A stretch of DNA of 64,000 nucleotides from Eubacteriales bacterium. GTDB taxonomy: Bacteria > Bacillota > Clostridia > Oscillospirales > CAG-272. Below, in pieces: positions 36,704-46,708 of the stretch (positions within the stretch are counted from its first letter, which is position 1; each line of letters starts with the position of its first letter). The translations under genes and the position numbers were made by a program. The notes below the pieces were generated by a model, which saw nothing but the letters and a program-made list of their open reading frames with translations, made no database searches and was not told where the DNA came from. The DNA lies in NCBI GenBank assembly GCA_045653805.1, contig JAZOMF010000084.1:1691-65690 (forward strand). The letters are read 5' to 3'.

Positions 36704-37558
36704 ATGTACAAGATAGTTAACAAAAAGGTTTTGAACCCTACAGTGGTACAGCTCTGGATCGAGGCTCCCCTTGTTGCTAACAAGGCTCGTCCCGGTCAGT
36801 TCATCATTCTTCGCGTAGACGAGAACGGCGAGCGTATTCCCCTTACCGTTGCAGGTGTCAACAAGGAAAACGGAACCGTTAAGATCATTTACCAGATCGT
36901 TGGCGGCACTACCAAGAAGCTTTCTTACAAGGAAGAAGGCGACTACATTCAGGATTTCGTAGGCCCTCTCGGCGTGGCTACTCACCTTGATGGTCTTAAG
37001 AAGGTCTGCATCGTAGGTGGCGGTGTTGGATGCGCAATCGCACTTCCCATAGCAGAGGCTCTCCATGAAATGGGAGCAGACGTAACCAGCATCATCGGAT
37101 TCAGAAGCAAGGATCTCCTTATTCTTGAAGACGAGTTCAAGGCTTGCTCCGACAAGCTCCGCATCATGACCGACGACGGCTCCTACGGCGAGCACGGGAA
37201 CGTTACCAGGCCCCTCAAGGAAATGCTCGAGGGCGGCGAGAAGTTCGATATGATCATCACTATCGGTCCTCTCATCATGATGAAGTTCGTAGTTGCTACC
37301 GCAAAGCCCTTCGGTACTCCCGTAACCGCTTCCATGAACCCCATCATGATCGACGGTACAGGCATGTGCGGTGGATGCCGTCTCACCCTTAACATCGACG
37401 GCAAGAAGGTAACTAAGTTCGCGTGTGTCGACGGTCCCGACTTCAACGGCTACGAGATCGACTTCGACGAAGCAATGTCCAGAGGTAGAATGTACGCTGA
37501 CTTCGAGCGCCACGCTCACGACGCTGCGTGCAATCTCTTCAAGAAGGAGGTAGAATAA
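36704..37558 (+). CDS. nfnA: NfnA-type FAD/[2Fe-2S] subunit (sulfide/dihydroorotate dehydrogenase-like, ferredoxin-NADP reductase family)
   Basis: 284 aa with an FNR-like fold (ARPGQFIILRVDENGERIPLT, CIVGGGVG) and a C-terminal Cys cluster (GTGMCGGCR...CVDGP). Directly followed by the GltD-like subunit. Confidence 0.85.
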   Translation: MYKIVNKKVLNPTVVQLWIEAPLVANKARPGQFIILRVDENGERIPLTVAGVNKENGTVKIIYQIVGGTTKKLSYKEEGDYIQDFVGPLGVATHLDGLKKVCIVGGGVGCAIALPIAEALHEMGADVTSIIGFRSKDLLILEDEFKACSDKLRIMTDDGSYGEHGNVTRPLKEMLEGGEKFDMIITIGPLIMMKFVVATAKPFGTPVTASMNPIMIDGTGMCGGCRLTLNIDGKKVTKFACVDGPDFNGYEIDFDEAMSRGRMYADFERHAHDAACNLFKKEVE

Positions 37559-37559
37559 T

Positions 37560-38975
37560 ATGGCAAAGGCTAATATGTCTCTTACAAGAAACGCAATGCC
37601 CACTCAGGACCCCCAGGTTCGTGCGCATAATTTTGACGAAGTTGCTCTCGGCTACACCGAGGAAATGGCAATCGACGAGGCAAACAGATGTCTCAACTGT
37701 AAGAATATGCCCTGTGTTAACGGTTGTCCCGTTAAGATCCACATCCCCGAGTTCATCACAAAGATCAAGGAGGGTGACTTTGAGGGCGCATATCAGATAA
37801 TTTCCAAGTCTTCTTCTCTTCCCGCGGTTTGCGGACGCGTATGTCCTCAGGAGGTACAGTGCGAGTCCAAGTGTGTTCGCGGCATCAAGGGCGAGTCCGT
37901 TGGTATCGGTCGTCTTGAGCGTTTCGTTGCTGACTGGCACAACACCTTCGCAACCGAGGCTCCCGCTCGTCCTGAAAGCAACGGTCACAGAGTAGCAGTT
38001 GTAGGTTCCGGTCCTTCCGGTCTTACTTGTGCCGGCGATCTTGCAAAGAAGGGCTATGAAGTAACCGTTTACGAAGCACTTCACACCGCAGGCGGCGTTC
38101 TTGTTTACGGTATTCCCGAGTTCCGTCTTCCCAAGGCAATCGTTGCAAAGGAAGTTGAAACTCTTAAGCAGCTCGGCGTTAAGATTGAGACTAACGTCGT
38201 TATCGGTAAGACCCTTACCATCGACGAGCTCTTCGAAATGGGTTATGAGGCTGTTTTCGTAGGAAGCGGCGCAGGTCTTCCCAACTTCATGGGCATTCCC
38301 GGTGAGTCCTACAAGGGAGTTTACTCCGCTAACGAGTTCCTTACCAGAAGTAATCTTATGAAGTCCTACCTCGACAACCCCGAGACCCCCATCATGAAGG
38401 GTGGCAAGGTTGCAATCGTCGGCGGCGGTAACGTTGCTATGGACGCTGCAAGAACCGCTCTCCGTCTCGGTGCTGAGAAGGTATATATCGTTTACCGTCG
38501 TTCCATGGAAGAGCTTCCCGCTCGTAAGGAAGAGGTGGAGCATGCTGAGGAAGAAGGAATCGAGTTCCGTCTCCTTTGCAATCCTACCGAGATCGTTGGC
38601 TACAACAATCCCGAGGATGCTCGTGATCCCAGAAACGGCTTCGTAACCGGAATCAAGTGCGTAAAGATGGAGCTTGGAGAGCCCGACGCTAAGGGCAGAC
38701 GTCGTCCCGTAGTTATTCCCGGCAGCGAGTTCGAGATCGAGGTTGATACCGTAGTTATCTCTATCGGTACTTCCCCCAATCCCCTTATCAAGTCCACCAC
38801 CGAAGGACTTGAGGTTAACGACCACGGCGGTATCATTGTAAACGAGGACGGTCTTTCCTCTCGTAACGCAGTATATGCAGGCGGTGACGTTGTAACCGGA
38901 GCGGCTACCGTTATCTCCGCTATGGGCGCAGGTAAGACAGCAGCTAAGGCTATCGACGAATATCTCGCAAAATAA
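37560..38975 (+). CDS. nfnB: NfnB-type / GltD-like NADPH-dependent oxidoreductase subunit
   Basis: 471 aa with N-terminal 2x[4Fe-4S] motifs (CLNCKNMPCVNGCP, VCGRVCP) and two dinucleotide folds (VAVVGSGPSGL, VAIVGGGNVAMD). Confidence 0.88.
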   Translation: MAKANMSLTRNAMPTQDPQVRAHNFDEVALGYTEEMAIDEANRCLNCKNMPCVNGCPVKIHIPEFITKIKEGDFEGAYQIISKSSSLPAVCGRVCPQEVQCESKCVRGIKGESVGIGRLERFVADWHNTFATEAPARPESNGHRVAVVGSGPSGLTCAGDLAKKGYEVTVYEALHTAGGVLVYGIPEFRLPKAIVAKEVETLKQLGVKIETNVVIGKTLTIDELFEMGYEAVFVGSGAGLPNFMGIPGESYKGVYSANEFLTRSNLMKSYLDNPETPIMKGGKVAIVGGGNVAMDAARTALRLGAEKVYIVYRRSMEELPARKEEVEHAEEEGIEFRLLCNPTEIVGYNNPEDARDPRNGFVTGIKCVKMELGEPDAKGRRRPVVIPGSEFEIEVDTVVISIGTSPNPLIKSTTEGLEVNDHGGIIVNEDGLSSRNAVYAGGDVVTGAATVISAMGAGKTAAKAIDEYLAK

Positions 38976-38984
38976 GAGTTATTT

Positions 38985-39020
38985 ATCCTTGGCCGTCAAA
39001 TAGACGGTCAAGGATTTTTT
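38985..39020 (+). terminator. Rho-independent terminator after nfnB
   Basis: ATCCTTGGCCGTC-AAATA-GACGGTCAAGGAT (13-bp stem with one G-T pair) followed by TTTTT. Confidence 0.65.
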
Positions 39021-39086
39021 AGACATTTCAAAACTACTCTCTCGCAAAAGCAAAAGACGGCAGTTTATATTAATGAGGAGAAAAAA

Positions 39087-39572
39087 ATGAACGAATCCTT
39101 TGATTTTTCCGTTGTTGACAACATAATCGCAAGCAACGGCTGCAAGCAGCACGCTATAATCTCCATCCTTCAGGACATTCAAGAGCACTACAGATACCTC
39201 CCCGCAGAAGTATTCCCCTATCTTGCGGCAAAGCTCGCTATGAGCGAGGCAAGCATCTACAGTATTGCTACCTTCTATGAAAACTTCTCTCTTGAGCCCA
39301 AGGGCAAGTACGTTATCAAGATCTGTGACGGTACTGCTTGCCATGTGCGCCGTTCCATCCCGATCCTGGAGCGCATCAGACAGGAACTCGGTCTTAGCGA
39401 AAGCAAAAAGACCACCGACGACCGCATTTTCACCGTTGAGACCGTTTCTTGCCTCGGCGCTTGCGGTCTTGCGCCCGTTCTCACCGTAAACGACGTGGTT
39501 CACCCCGAAATGACCCCCGATAAGGCATCCGCACTTCTTGCAAAGCTTAAGGAGGAGAACGAAAATGCTTAA
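39087..39572 (+). CDS. hydC: NuoE-like [2Fe-2S] subunit of a bifurcating-type hydrogenase
   Basis: 161 aa with CDGTACHV...SCLGACGLAP, the thioredoxin-like 2Fe-2S motif. GAGGAG RBS. Confidence 0.88.
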   Translation: MNESFDFSVVDNIIASNGCKQHAIISILQDIQEHYRYLPAEVFPYLAAKLAMSEASIYSIATFYENFSLEPKGKYVIKICDGTACHVRRSIPILERIRQELGLSESKKTTDDRIFTVETVSCLGACGLAPVLTVNDVVHPEMTPDKASALLAKLKEENENA

Positions 39573-41439
39573 AAACAGACAGGAATTCGTCGCGTATCGC
39601 GAGTCGGCTAAGCTGGCTTACGAGGCGCAGACTAAAAAGATAATCGTATGTGCGGGAACAGGCTGCGTTGCAGGCGGTTCTCTTAACATCTACGCAAAGC
39701 TTAAGGAAATAATGGAGGAGAAGGGTCTCCACGTTGCCGTTGAGCTTATGGAGGATCCCCACAGTGGTGACATCGGTCTCAAAAAGAGCGGTTGCCACGG
39801 ATTTTGCGAAATGGGTCCTCTTGTTAGAATCGAGCCCCAGGGCTGGCTCTACACCAAGGTAAAGGCAGACGATTGCCTTGAGATTATCGAAAAGACTATC
39901 GTAGACGGCGAGTGCATCGACCGTCTTGCATACAAGAAGAACGGCGAGATCTACCGCGAGCAGTCCAAGATCCCCTTCTACAAGCAGCAGACTAGAGTTG
40001 TTCTTGAGCATTGCGGTAAGATCGACTCCGATTCTGTGCGCGAGTACATAGCTATCGGCGGCTACTCCGCATTCGAGAAGGCTCTCTTCGATATGAGCGG
40101 AGACGAGATCATCGCAGAGATCTCCAAATCCGAGCTTCGCGGACGCGGAGGCGGCGGCTTCCCCGCAGGCAAGAAGTGGGAGCAGGTAAAGCGCCAGAAG
40201 GAGACCCAAAGATACATCGTTTGTAACGGTGACGAGGGCGACCCCGGTGCGTTTATGGACCGTTCCATCATGGAGGGCGACCCCCACAGAATGCTTGAGG
40301 GTATGATGATCGCAGGCGTAGCTTGCGGCGCATCCGACGGCTACATCTACGTTAGAGCAGAGTACCCCTTGGCAGTTCAGAGACTTCGCAACGCAATTGC
40401 AGAGGCAGAAGAGCTTGGCCTTTTGGGTGACAATATCTTGGGAACTGACTTCTCTTTCCACATGCACATCAACCGCGGTGCGGGCGCATTTGTTTGTGGC
40501 GAAGGGTCGGCACTTACCGCTTCTATCGAGGGTAAGCGCGGCTTCCCCAGAGTTAAGCCCCCCAGAACCGTTGAAAACGGTCTTTTCGACAAACCCACAG
40601 TCCTTAACAACGTTGAGACCTACGCAAACGTAGCTCAAATTATAAACAACGGAGCAGATTGGTTCCTCGGCATCGGCGTTCCCAAGAATTCCGGTACCAA
40701 GGCGTTTGCTCTTACAGGCAACATCTCCAACACCGGTCTTATCGAGGTTCCTATGGGAACAACACTGCGCGAGATCATCTTCGACATCGGCGGCGGTATG
40801 AGAGGCGACGGTAAGTTTAAAGCGGTTCAGATCGGAGGTCCTTCGGGAGCTTGTCTTACCGAAGAGCACCTTGACCTTCCCCTTGACTTCGACACACTTA
40901 AAAAGGTTGGAGCAATGGTAGGCTCGGGCGGTCTCGTTGTTATGGACGACAAAACCTGCATGGTAGAGGTTGCGCGTTTCTTTATGAACTTTACCCAGAA
41001 CGAATCCTGCGGTAAATGCGTTCCCTGCCGTGAGGGCACCAAGCGTATGCTTGAGATCCTTGAAAGAATAGTTGCGGGCGAGGGTCGTGACGGCGACATC
41101 GAGCTTCTTCTCGAACTTGCAGACACTATTTCCGCTACCGCTCTCTGCGGTCTCGGTAAGTCTGCTCCCAACCCCGTTGTCAGCACTATAAAGAACTTCA
41201 GAGAAGAGTACGAGGCGCACATCTACGAAAAGAGATGTCCCGCAGGTGCTTGCCAGAAGCTCAAGCGCATTTATATCGATCCCGAGCTTTGTAAGGGATG
41301 CTCCAAGTGCGCACGTCAGTGTCCCGTAGGTGCGATCAGCGGCAAGATCAAGGAGCCCTTCTCCATCGATCTTGAAAAGTGCATTCGTTGCGGAAGCTGT
41401 ATCTCTGCCTGCGCGTTTAAGGCAATTAAGGAGGGCTAA
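39565..41439 (+). CDS. hydB: NuoF-like NAD(H)/FMN/Fe-S subunit of a bifurcating-type hydrogenase
   Basis: 624 aa with GRGGGGFPAGKKW, ESCGKCVPCREG and C-terminal 2x[4Fe-4S] (CKGCSKCARQCP, CIRCGSCISACA). ATG 39565 overlaps the hydC end by 8 nt. Confidence 0.9.
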   Translation: MLKNRQEFVAYRESAKLAYEAQTKKIIVCAGTGCVAGGSLNIYAKLKEIMEEKGLHVAVELMEDPHSGDIGLKKSGCHGFCEMGPLVRIEPQGWLYTKVKADDCLEIIEKTIVDGECIDRLAYKKNGEIYREQSKIPFYKQQTRVVLEHCGKIDSDSVREYIAIGGYSAFEKALFDMSGDEIIAEISKSELRGRGGGGFPAGKKWEQVKRQKETQRYIVCNGDEGDPGAFMDRSIMEGDPHRMLEGMMIAGVACGASDGYIYVRAEYPLAVQRLRNAIAEAEELGLLGDNILGTDFSFHMHINRGAGAFVCGEGSALTASIEGKRGFPRVKPPRTVENGLFDKPTVLNNVETYANVAQIINNGADWFLGIGVPKNSGTKAFALTGNISNTGLIEVPMGTTLREIIFDIGGGMRGDGKFKAVQIGGPSGACLTEEHLDLPLDFDTLKKVGAMVGSGGLVVMDDKTCMVEVARFFMNFTQNESCGKCVPCREGTKRMLEILERIVAGEGRDGDIELLLELADTISATALCGLGKSAPNPVVSTIKNFREEYEAHIYEKRCPAGACQKLKRIYIDPELCKGCSKCARQCPVGAISGKIKEPFSIDLEKCIRCGSCISACAFKAIKEG

Positions 41440-41442
41440 AAC

Positions 41443-43134
41443 ATGAGTGATAAGAAGTATATGACAATCGACGGTATTCCCGTGGAAATAAACGGCGAGA
41501 AGAATATTCTCGAGCTTTGCCGTAAAGTCGGAGTTAAAATGCCCACCTTCTGCTACCACAGTGAGCTTTCTATCTACGGCGCGTGCCGTATGTGCATGGT
41601 AGAAAACAAGTGGGGCGGCGTTGAAGCGGCTTGCTCTACCCCTCCCCGCGAGGGCATGGAGGTAAAGACCAACACCGAGCGCCTCCGCCGTTACCGCAAG
41701 AATATCCTTGAGCTTTTGCTGGCTAACCACTGCCGCGATTGCACCGTTTGTGAAAACAACCAGAAGTGCAAGCTTCAGGACCTTGCAATGAGATTTAACA
41801 TTGAAGGAGTTCGCTTCCCCAACAGAGCGAAATCCACCAAGAACGATGACACATCTTCTGTTTGCATCGTTCGCGACGCGGGTAAGTGTATCCTTTGCGG
41901 AGACTGTGTTCGCGTTTGTAACGAAATCCAGAACGTGGGAGCCATTGACTTTGCTCACCGCGGCTCTAAAATGGTAATTTCCACCGCATTTGGCAAGCCT
42001 CTTGCCGAATCTCCCTGCGTCGGTTGCGGTCAGTGCGCGGCAGTTTGCCCCACCGGTGCAATCGTAGTAAAGAACAACATCAAGTCTGTTTGGGCTGCAA
42101 TCGACGACCCCAACGTAATCACCAGCGTTCAGATCGCTCCCGCAGTTCGCGTTGCTATCGGCAAGGAGCTTAACATTCAGGACGGGGAGAACGTAATGGG
42201 CAAGATAGTTGCCGCTCTCCGTCGTATGGGCTTTGACGAAGTATACGATACCACTCTCGGTGCAGACCTCACCGTTATGGAAGAGAGCGCAGAGTTCATT
42301 GAGAGACTTGAGAGAGGAGGAAAGCTCCCTCTTATCACATCCTGCTGTCCCGGTTGGATACAGTACTGTGAGAAAAAGCACCCCGAGTTCCTCGAAAACG
42401 TTTCCACCTGCCGCTCTCCTATGCAAATGATGGGCTCTCTCATCAAGGACGATGCCGCAAGCAGTGGCAAAAAGGCATTCCACGTTGCAATTATGCCTTG
42501 TACCGCAAAGAAATTCGAGGCTTCCCGCCCCGAATTTATGAAGAACGGCGAGCCTGACGTTGACGTTGTTATCACAACCCAGGAGCTTATCCTTATGATC
42601 AAGGAATCCGGACTCAACTTCGCAGAACTTGAGCCTGAGGCAATAGATATGCCTCTCGGCACCGTTTCGGGCGCAGGAGTTATCTTCGGCGTTACCGGCG
42701 GCGTTACCGAGGCGGTTCTCCGCAGAGTTTCCGAGAACAAGTCTCGCGGAGCACTTCTCCAGATCGCAAATATGGGTCAGAGAGGTAGCGAGGGCATCAA
42801 GGAATTTGACATTCCCTACGGAGACAAGACTCTCCACATCGCCGTTGTCAGCGGTCTTGCTAATGCAGAAAGAGTTCTTCTAAGAAGTGCGGCAGGTGAG
42901 AAGTTTGACTTCATCGAGATCATGGCTTGCCCCGGCGGATGTGTAAACGGCGGCGGTCAACCATACGTTGGCAACAGCACCGACGCGAGAGTACAGGGCC
43001 TTTACCACGCAGACAAGATGCGCAGCATCCGTCGCTCCGAGGAAAACCCCATCGTAAACTCTGTTTATAAGAAGATAATCAAGGACAGAGCCCACGAGCT
43101 TCTCCACGTTCACTACAGTAAAAATCACGATTAA
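41443..43134 (+). CDS. hydA: [FeFe]-hydrogenase catalytic subunit (NuoG-like N-terminus)
   Basis: H-cluster motifs ITSCCPGW, IMPCTAKKFE and EIMACPGGCVNGGGQP, plus N-terminal 2Fe-2S and 4Fe-4S motifs. Confidence 0.93.
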   Translation: MSDKKYMTIDGIPVEINGEKNILELCRKVGVKMPTFCYHSELSIYGACRMCMVENKWGGVEAACSTPPREGMEVKTNTERLRRYRKNILELLLANHCRDCTVCENNQKCKLQDLAMRFNIEGVRFPNRAKSTKNDDTSSVCIVRDAGKCILCGDCVRVCNEIQNVGAIDFAHRGSKMVISTAFGKPLAESPCVGCGQCAAVCPTGAIVVKNNIKSVWAAIDDPNVITSVQIAPAVRVAIGKELNIQDGENVMGKIVAALRRMGFDEVYDTTLGADLTVMEESAEFIERLERGGKLPLITSCCPGWIQYCEKKHPEFLENVSTCRSPMQMMGSLIKDDAASSGKKAFHVAIMPCTAKKFEASRPEFMKNGEPDVDVVITTQELILMIKESGLNFAELEPEAIDMPLGTVSGAGVIFGVTGGVTEAVLRRVSENKSRGALLQIANMGQRGSEGIKEFDIPYGDKTLHIAVVSGLANAERVLLRSAAGEKFDFIEIMACPGGCVNGGGQPYVGNSTDARVQGLYHADKMRSIRRSEENPIVNSVYKKIIKDRAHELLHVHYSKNHD

Positions 43135-43184
43135 ATTTTGGCGGCGGCAATTTTGTCGCCGCACCATTCCGATTTGAGGTAATT

Positions 43185-44612
43185 ATGCGCAAATTTGACA
43201 CAAAGGTTCAACACCTTAAATACAAGGTTCTTCGCGAGGTTGCAAGACTTGCGTGGAACGACACGCTGACCGAAAACCTTTTGGACATCCCCAAGCTTCT
43301 CGTGCCCGGCAAAAAGCCCTCCATGCGCTGTTGCGTTTATAAAGAGAGAGCCATTCTCGGCGAGAGAGTAAAAATGGCTATGGGCGGTGACCCCAATGAC
43401 CCTAATATTATTCAGGTCATCGACATTGCCTGCGACGAATGTCCCGTAGGTGGATTTGAGGTTACAAACGCTTGCCGTGGATGTCTTGCACACCGTTGCG
43501 AGGACGTATGCCGCTTTGGTGCGATCTCATACGACAGCGATCACGTAGCTCATATTGATAAGTCCAAATGTCGCGAGTGCGGTGCTTGTGCAAAGGTATG
43601 CCCCTATACCGCGATCGTTAGCCGTAAGCGCCCTTGCCAGAACGCCTGCAAGGTAAAGGCTATCTCTATGAACGAGGAGCACGCCGCTTGCATTGACTAC
43701 TCCAAGTGTATTAGTTGCGGCTCTTGTGTATATCAATGTCCCTTTGGTGCAATTACCGACAAGTCTTACATACTCAAGGCGGTAGAGCTGCTTAAATACA
43801 GCACCAAGACAAAGGGAGAGGGCGGAGATCGAGTTTATGCTATCGTTGCTCCCTCTATCGCCAGCCAGTTCTCATACGCAAAAATGAGTCAGGTGGTTTC
43901 GGGACTTTACGCCCTCGGATTTGATGAGATAGTAGAGGCAGCTCTGGGCGCAGATATGGTAGCGCTTGCAGAAGCTCGCGAGCTTTCCGAGAAGGGTGTG
44001 CTCACCAGCTCCTGCTGTCCCGCATTCGTGCGCTATATCAAGACCGCATTTCCCCAGCTTGCCGATAAGATCTCCCACAATATGTCACCTATGGGCGTGC
44101 TTGCAAAGCACATCAAGGAGACCGACAAGGGCGCAAAGGTAGTTTTCATTGGCCCTTGCACTGCAAAGAAGGCAGAAGCCCAGCTTGAGGAGGTCAAGGA
44201 CTTTGTGGACGCGGTCATCACCTTCGAGGAGCTTCAAGCACTCTTTGACAGCCGCGATATAGACATCGCATCTCTTGATGAGCGTGAGCTTAGCAATGCC
44301 TCCTACTTCGGACGCATCTTTGCCCGTAGCGGCGGACTTACCGACGCGGCGGCAGAGGCTATGAAGGAGCAGAATATAGACTTTGAAATAAAGCCCGTCG
44401 TCTGCGACGGAATCGAGGCTTGCCGTGTGGCACTTTTGAAATTGAGCAAAAACGCCCTTGACGGCAACTTCATCGAGGGTATGGCGTGTATTGGCGGCTG
44501 TATCGGCGGTGCAGGATGCCTAACCCACGGCGAAAAGAACAAGGCAGAGGTTGAAAAATACGGAAAAGAAGCCTCCGCAAAAACAATTGAGGACGCGGTT
44601 TCCAAACTTTAA
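43185..44612 (+). CDS. Second, divergent [FeFe]-hydrogenase-like protein
   Basis: 475 aa. Variant H-cluster motifs LTSSCCPAF, IGPCTAKKAE and EGMACIGGCIGGAGC. Two ferredoxin motifs (CRECGACAKVCP, CISCGSCVYQCP) and an extra N-terminal Cys-rich stretch. GAGG RBS. Confidence 0.8.
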   Translation: MRKFDTKVQHLKYKVLREVARLAWNDTLTENLLDIPKLLVPGKKPSMRCCVYKERAILGERVKMAMGGDPNDPNIIQVIDIACDECPVGGFEVTNACRGCLAHRCEDVCRFGAISYDSDHVAHIDKSKCRECGACAKVCPYTAIVSRKRPCQNACKVKAISMNEEHAACIDYSKCISCGSCVYQCPFGAITDKSYILKAVELLKYSTKTKGEGGDRVYAIVAPSIASQFSYAKMSQVVSGLYALGFDEIVEAALGADMVALAEARELSEKGVLTSSCCPAFVRYIKTAFPQLADKISHNMSPMGVLAKHIKETDKGAKVVFIGPCTAKKAEAQLEEVKDFVDAVITFEELQALFDSRDIDIASLDERELSNASYFGRIFARSGGLTDAAAEAMKEQNIDFEIKPVVCDGIEACRVALLKLSKNALDGNFIEGMACIGGCIGGAGCLTHGEKNKAEVEKYGKEASAKTIEDAVSKL

Positions 44613-44884
44613 TAACTCTGCAAATAAAAAAGAAACGAGCAAATGGTTTATGGGATTTTTATTTATTCTTTCGTAACGGATACACAAACTAAAGAAGCAA
44701 GCAATATAAAAATGATCGCTCCTACAATAGAAAATGCATACCGCGCCGTAAGGAAGGATCTCAAAAAAGCGTTGCCGTTATTATGCATAACATTATTATC
44801 TTCTTTTTCATAAAAAACCTCTTTCTTCTTTATTATATTCTCCGTAGTATATTTAAATTATATCATAACCATTAAAAAATCAAC

Positions 44885-44916
44885 AAAAAAGCTTACGGCG
44901 CGCCGTAAGCTTTTTC
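44885..44916. terminator. Bidirectional terminator between the hydrogenase genes and trpB
   Basis: AAAAAAGCTTACGGCGCGCCGTAAGCTTTTTC, a perfect palindrome flanked by A and T runs. Confidence 0.7.
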
Positions 44917-44919
44917 GTT

Positions 44920-46140
44920 TTATCTAATACCGTATTTTTCGATGATATAGTCCATATCCTTGTCGCCTCTGCCGGAGAGGTTGATAAGAACGGAGCCATG
45001 TTCCATAGTTTCAGCAAGCTTCATACCGTAAGCAACCGCATGGGAGCTTTCAATAGCGGGAATGATACCTTCCATACGGGAAAGCTTGAAGAAGGCATCG
45101 ATGGTTTCATCGTCATTGATAACGTCGTATTTAACTCTGCCGATCTCCTGAAGGAATGCGTGTTCGGGACCGCTGGAGGGGTAGTCAAGACCGCTGGCAA
45201 CGGAGTAAACGGGAGCGGGGTCGCCGTTTTCATCCTTAAGCATAATGCTGTTGAAGCCGTGCATTATACCTTCAGTACCGTACTTAAGGCTTGCAGCATG
45301 ATCGCCAAGCTTTTCACCTCTGCCAAGGGGTTCAATACCGTAAATATCAACAGGATCGTTAAGGAATCCGGCAAAAAGACCTGCCGCATTGGATCCGCCG
45401 CCAACGCACGCAACAATAGCGCTGGGCAAATGACCTGTCATTTCAACAAACTGTTCTCTTGCCTCTTCGCCAACAACGCTCTGGAAGTCACGAACCATCA
45501 TCGGGAACGGATGAGGACCGAGAACGGAACCGATGCAATAGATAGCATCGTTGTATTCCTTGCTGTACGCTTCGAAAGCAGCGTCAACCGCTTCCTTAAG
45601 TGTCTGCAAGCCGTGTGTTACTTCAACTACATTTGCACCGAGTATTTTCATTCTCGCAACATTGGGAGCCTGCTTCTTTATGTCAACGCTGCCCATATAA
45701 ATATCACATTCAAGACCGAAATAAGCCGCTGCAGTACCATGAGCAAGACCGTACTGACCTGCGCCTGTTTCAGCGATAACTTTTTTCTTGCCCATATATT
45801 TTGCAAGAAGAGCCTCGCACATGCAGTGATTAAGCTTGTGAGCACCGGAATGGTTAAGGTCTTCTCTCTTTGCGTAAAGCTGTACTCTGCCGCCGAGTGC
45901 GTCTGAAAGTCTTTCAAGGTGAGATATGGGTGTGGGTCTGCCCTGAAATTCCTTGCGGATTCTGCGAAGCTCCGCAATAAACTTTCTGGACTGGCAGATA
46001 GAATAATATGCCTGTGTTATCTCCGCCATAGCTGCTTTGAGCTTATCCTCAACGTAAACACCGCCGAATTTGCCAAAATAGCCGTCTTTGTCGGGATAAT
46101 TTTTAAAATATGTATCAAAATCAATTCCGTTAAGTTTCAT
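44920..46140 (-). CDS. trpB: Tryptophan synthase beta-chain homologue (stand-alone)
   Basis: [29 protein letters not shown] (PLP lysine), ETGAGQYG and GGGSNAAG motifs. ATG 46140 has GGAG upstream. No trpA or other trp genes nearby. Confidence 0.88.
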   Translation of the reverse strand: MKLNGIDFDTYFKNYPDKDGYFGKFGGVYVEDKLKAAMAEITQAYYSICQSRKFIAELRRIRKEFQGRPTPISHLERLSDALGGRVQLYAKREDLNHSGAHKLNHCMCEALLAKYMGKKKVIAETGAGQYGLAHGTAAAYFGLECDIYMGSVDIKKQAPNVARMKILGANVVEVTHGLQTLKEAVDAAFEAYSKEYNDAIYCIGSVLGPHPFPMMVRDFQSVVGEEAREQFVEMTGHLPSAIVACVGGGSNAAGLFAGFLNDPVDIYGIEPLGRGEKLGDHAASLKYGTEGIMHGFNSIMLKDENGDPAPVYSVASGLDYPSSGPEHAFLQEIGRVKYDVINDDETIDAFFKLSRMEGIIPAIESSHAVAYGMKLAETMEHGSVLINLSGRGDKDMDYIIEKYGIR

Positions 46141-46299
46141 TTCTTTTTTCTCCAAACGATAAATTTTTTATAATATTCAAAAACGTCAAAACGTTAATTT
46201 TACTTTTTCAAAAATTTGACAAGCGGGATACCGAGTGCACGACCCGCAATACCATTTCTTTTTCCTCCGATCTTATGTGTTCTGTAATCGGGAGTATAA

Positions 46300-46585
46300 A
46301 GAAAAAACGCCCTCGACAGAACTATATCCTCTGTCAAGGACGAATAATATAAAATTATCCGCGGTACCACCTTGATTCACATTCGAAAAGCCCGAATATG
46401 CACTCGTAAGGATACTGACATATCCCCGGCAAATAACGCATGCCAAACGTCGCAGAATACTCGGAATAAAGTTCCTTTGACTGCGCCCTCAACGGTCCAT
46501 TTGCCAAGCAGTCTCTAACCCGACTCTCATCCTCTCGGGCTCTCTGTATAGTCTTACCTGACGTTATCTCCGCATCAACGGTTTA
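46300..46585 (-). promoter_or_regulatory. T-box leader, tryptophan (UGG) specifier
   Basis: The minus strand carries the AG bulge AGAGAG and a distal hairpin CCCGA-GAGGATGAGAG-TCGGG. The specifier context is GCAAA-UGG-A-CCGUU (UGG at 46499-46497) and the T-box is AAUCAAGGUGGUACCGCGG (46375-46359). The terminator is CGTCCTTGACAGA..TCTGTCGAGGGCG + TTTTTTCT. Confidence 0.85.
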
Positions 46586-46592
46586 TATTGTC

Positions 46593-46621
46593 ATTATATC
46601 ACCGCGCACGGAATATGTCAA
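46593..46621 (-). promoter_or_regulatory. Consensus sigma-A promoter of the T-box/trpB unit
   Basis: Minus strand TTGACA (46621-46616), 17 nt, TATAAT (46598-46593), with TGA upstream of the -10. Confidence 0.7.
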
Positions 46622-46708
46622 TACTTTTTTATTTTGATTTTTCAGAATATATTTCCCGTTTTCTTCAAAAACTTAAATAAAAAATTCATTTTAACGGAGG
46701 AATCTGAT

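Noticed and set aside
39547-42837. 1096-aa minus-strand ORF
   Set aside because: It is a shadow ORF, codon-aligned with hydB and hydA on the plus strand. It has no motifs, whereas the plus-strand genes carry complete NuoF and H-cluster signatures.
44663-44788. Unlisted 41-codon minus-strand ORF encoding a hydrophobic peptide (MHNNGNAFLRSFLTARYAFSIVGAIIFILLASLVCVSVTKE)
   Set aside because: There is no Shine-Dalgarno sequence in the 15 nt upstream and no supporting promoter. It lies between two convergent units. It cannot be supported from sequence alone, though a small membrane protein is not excluded.
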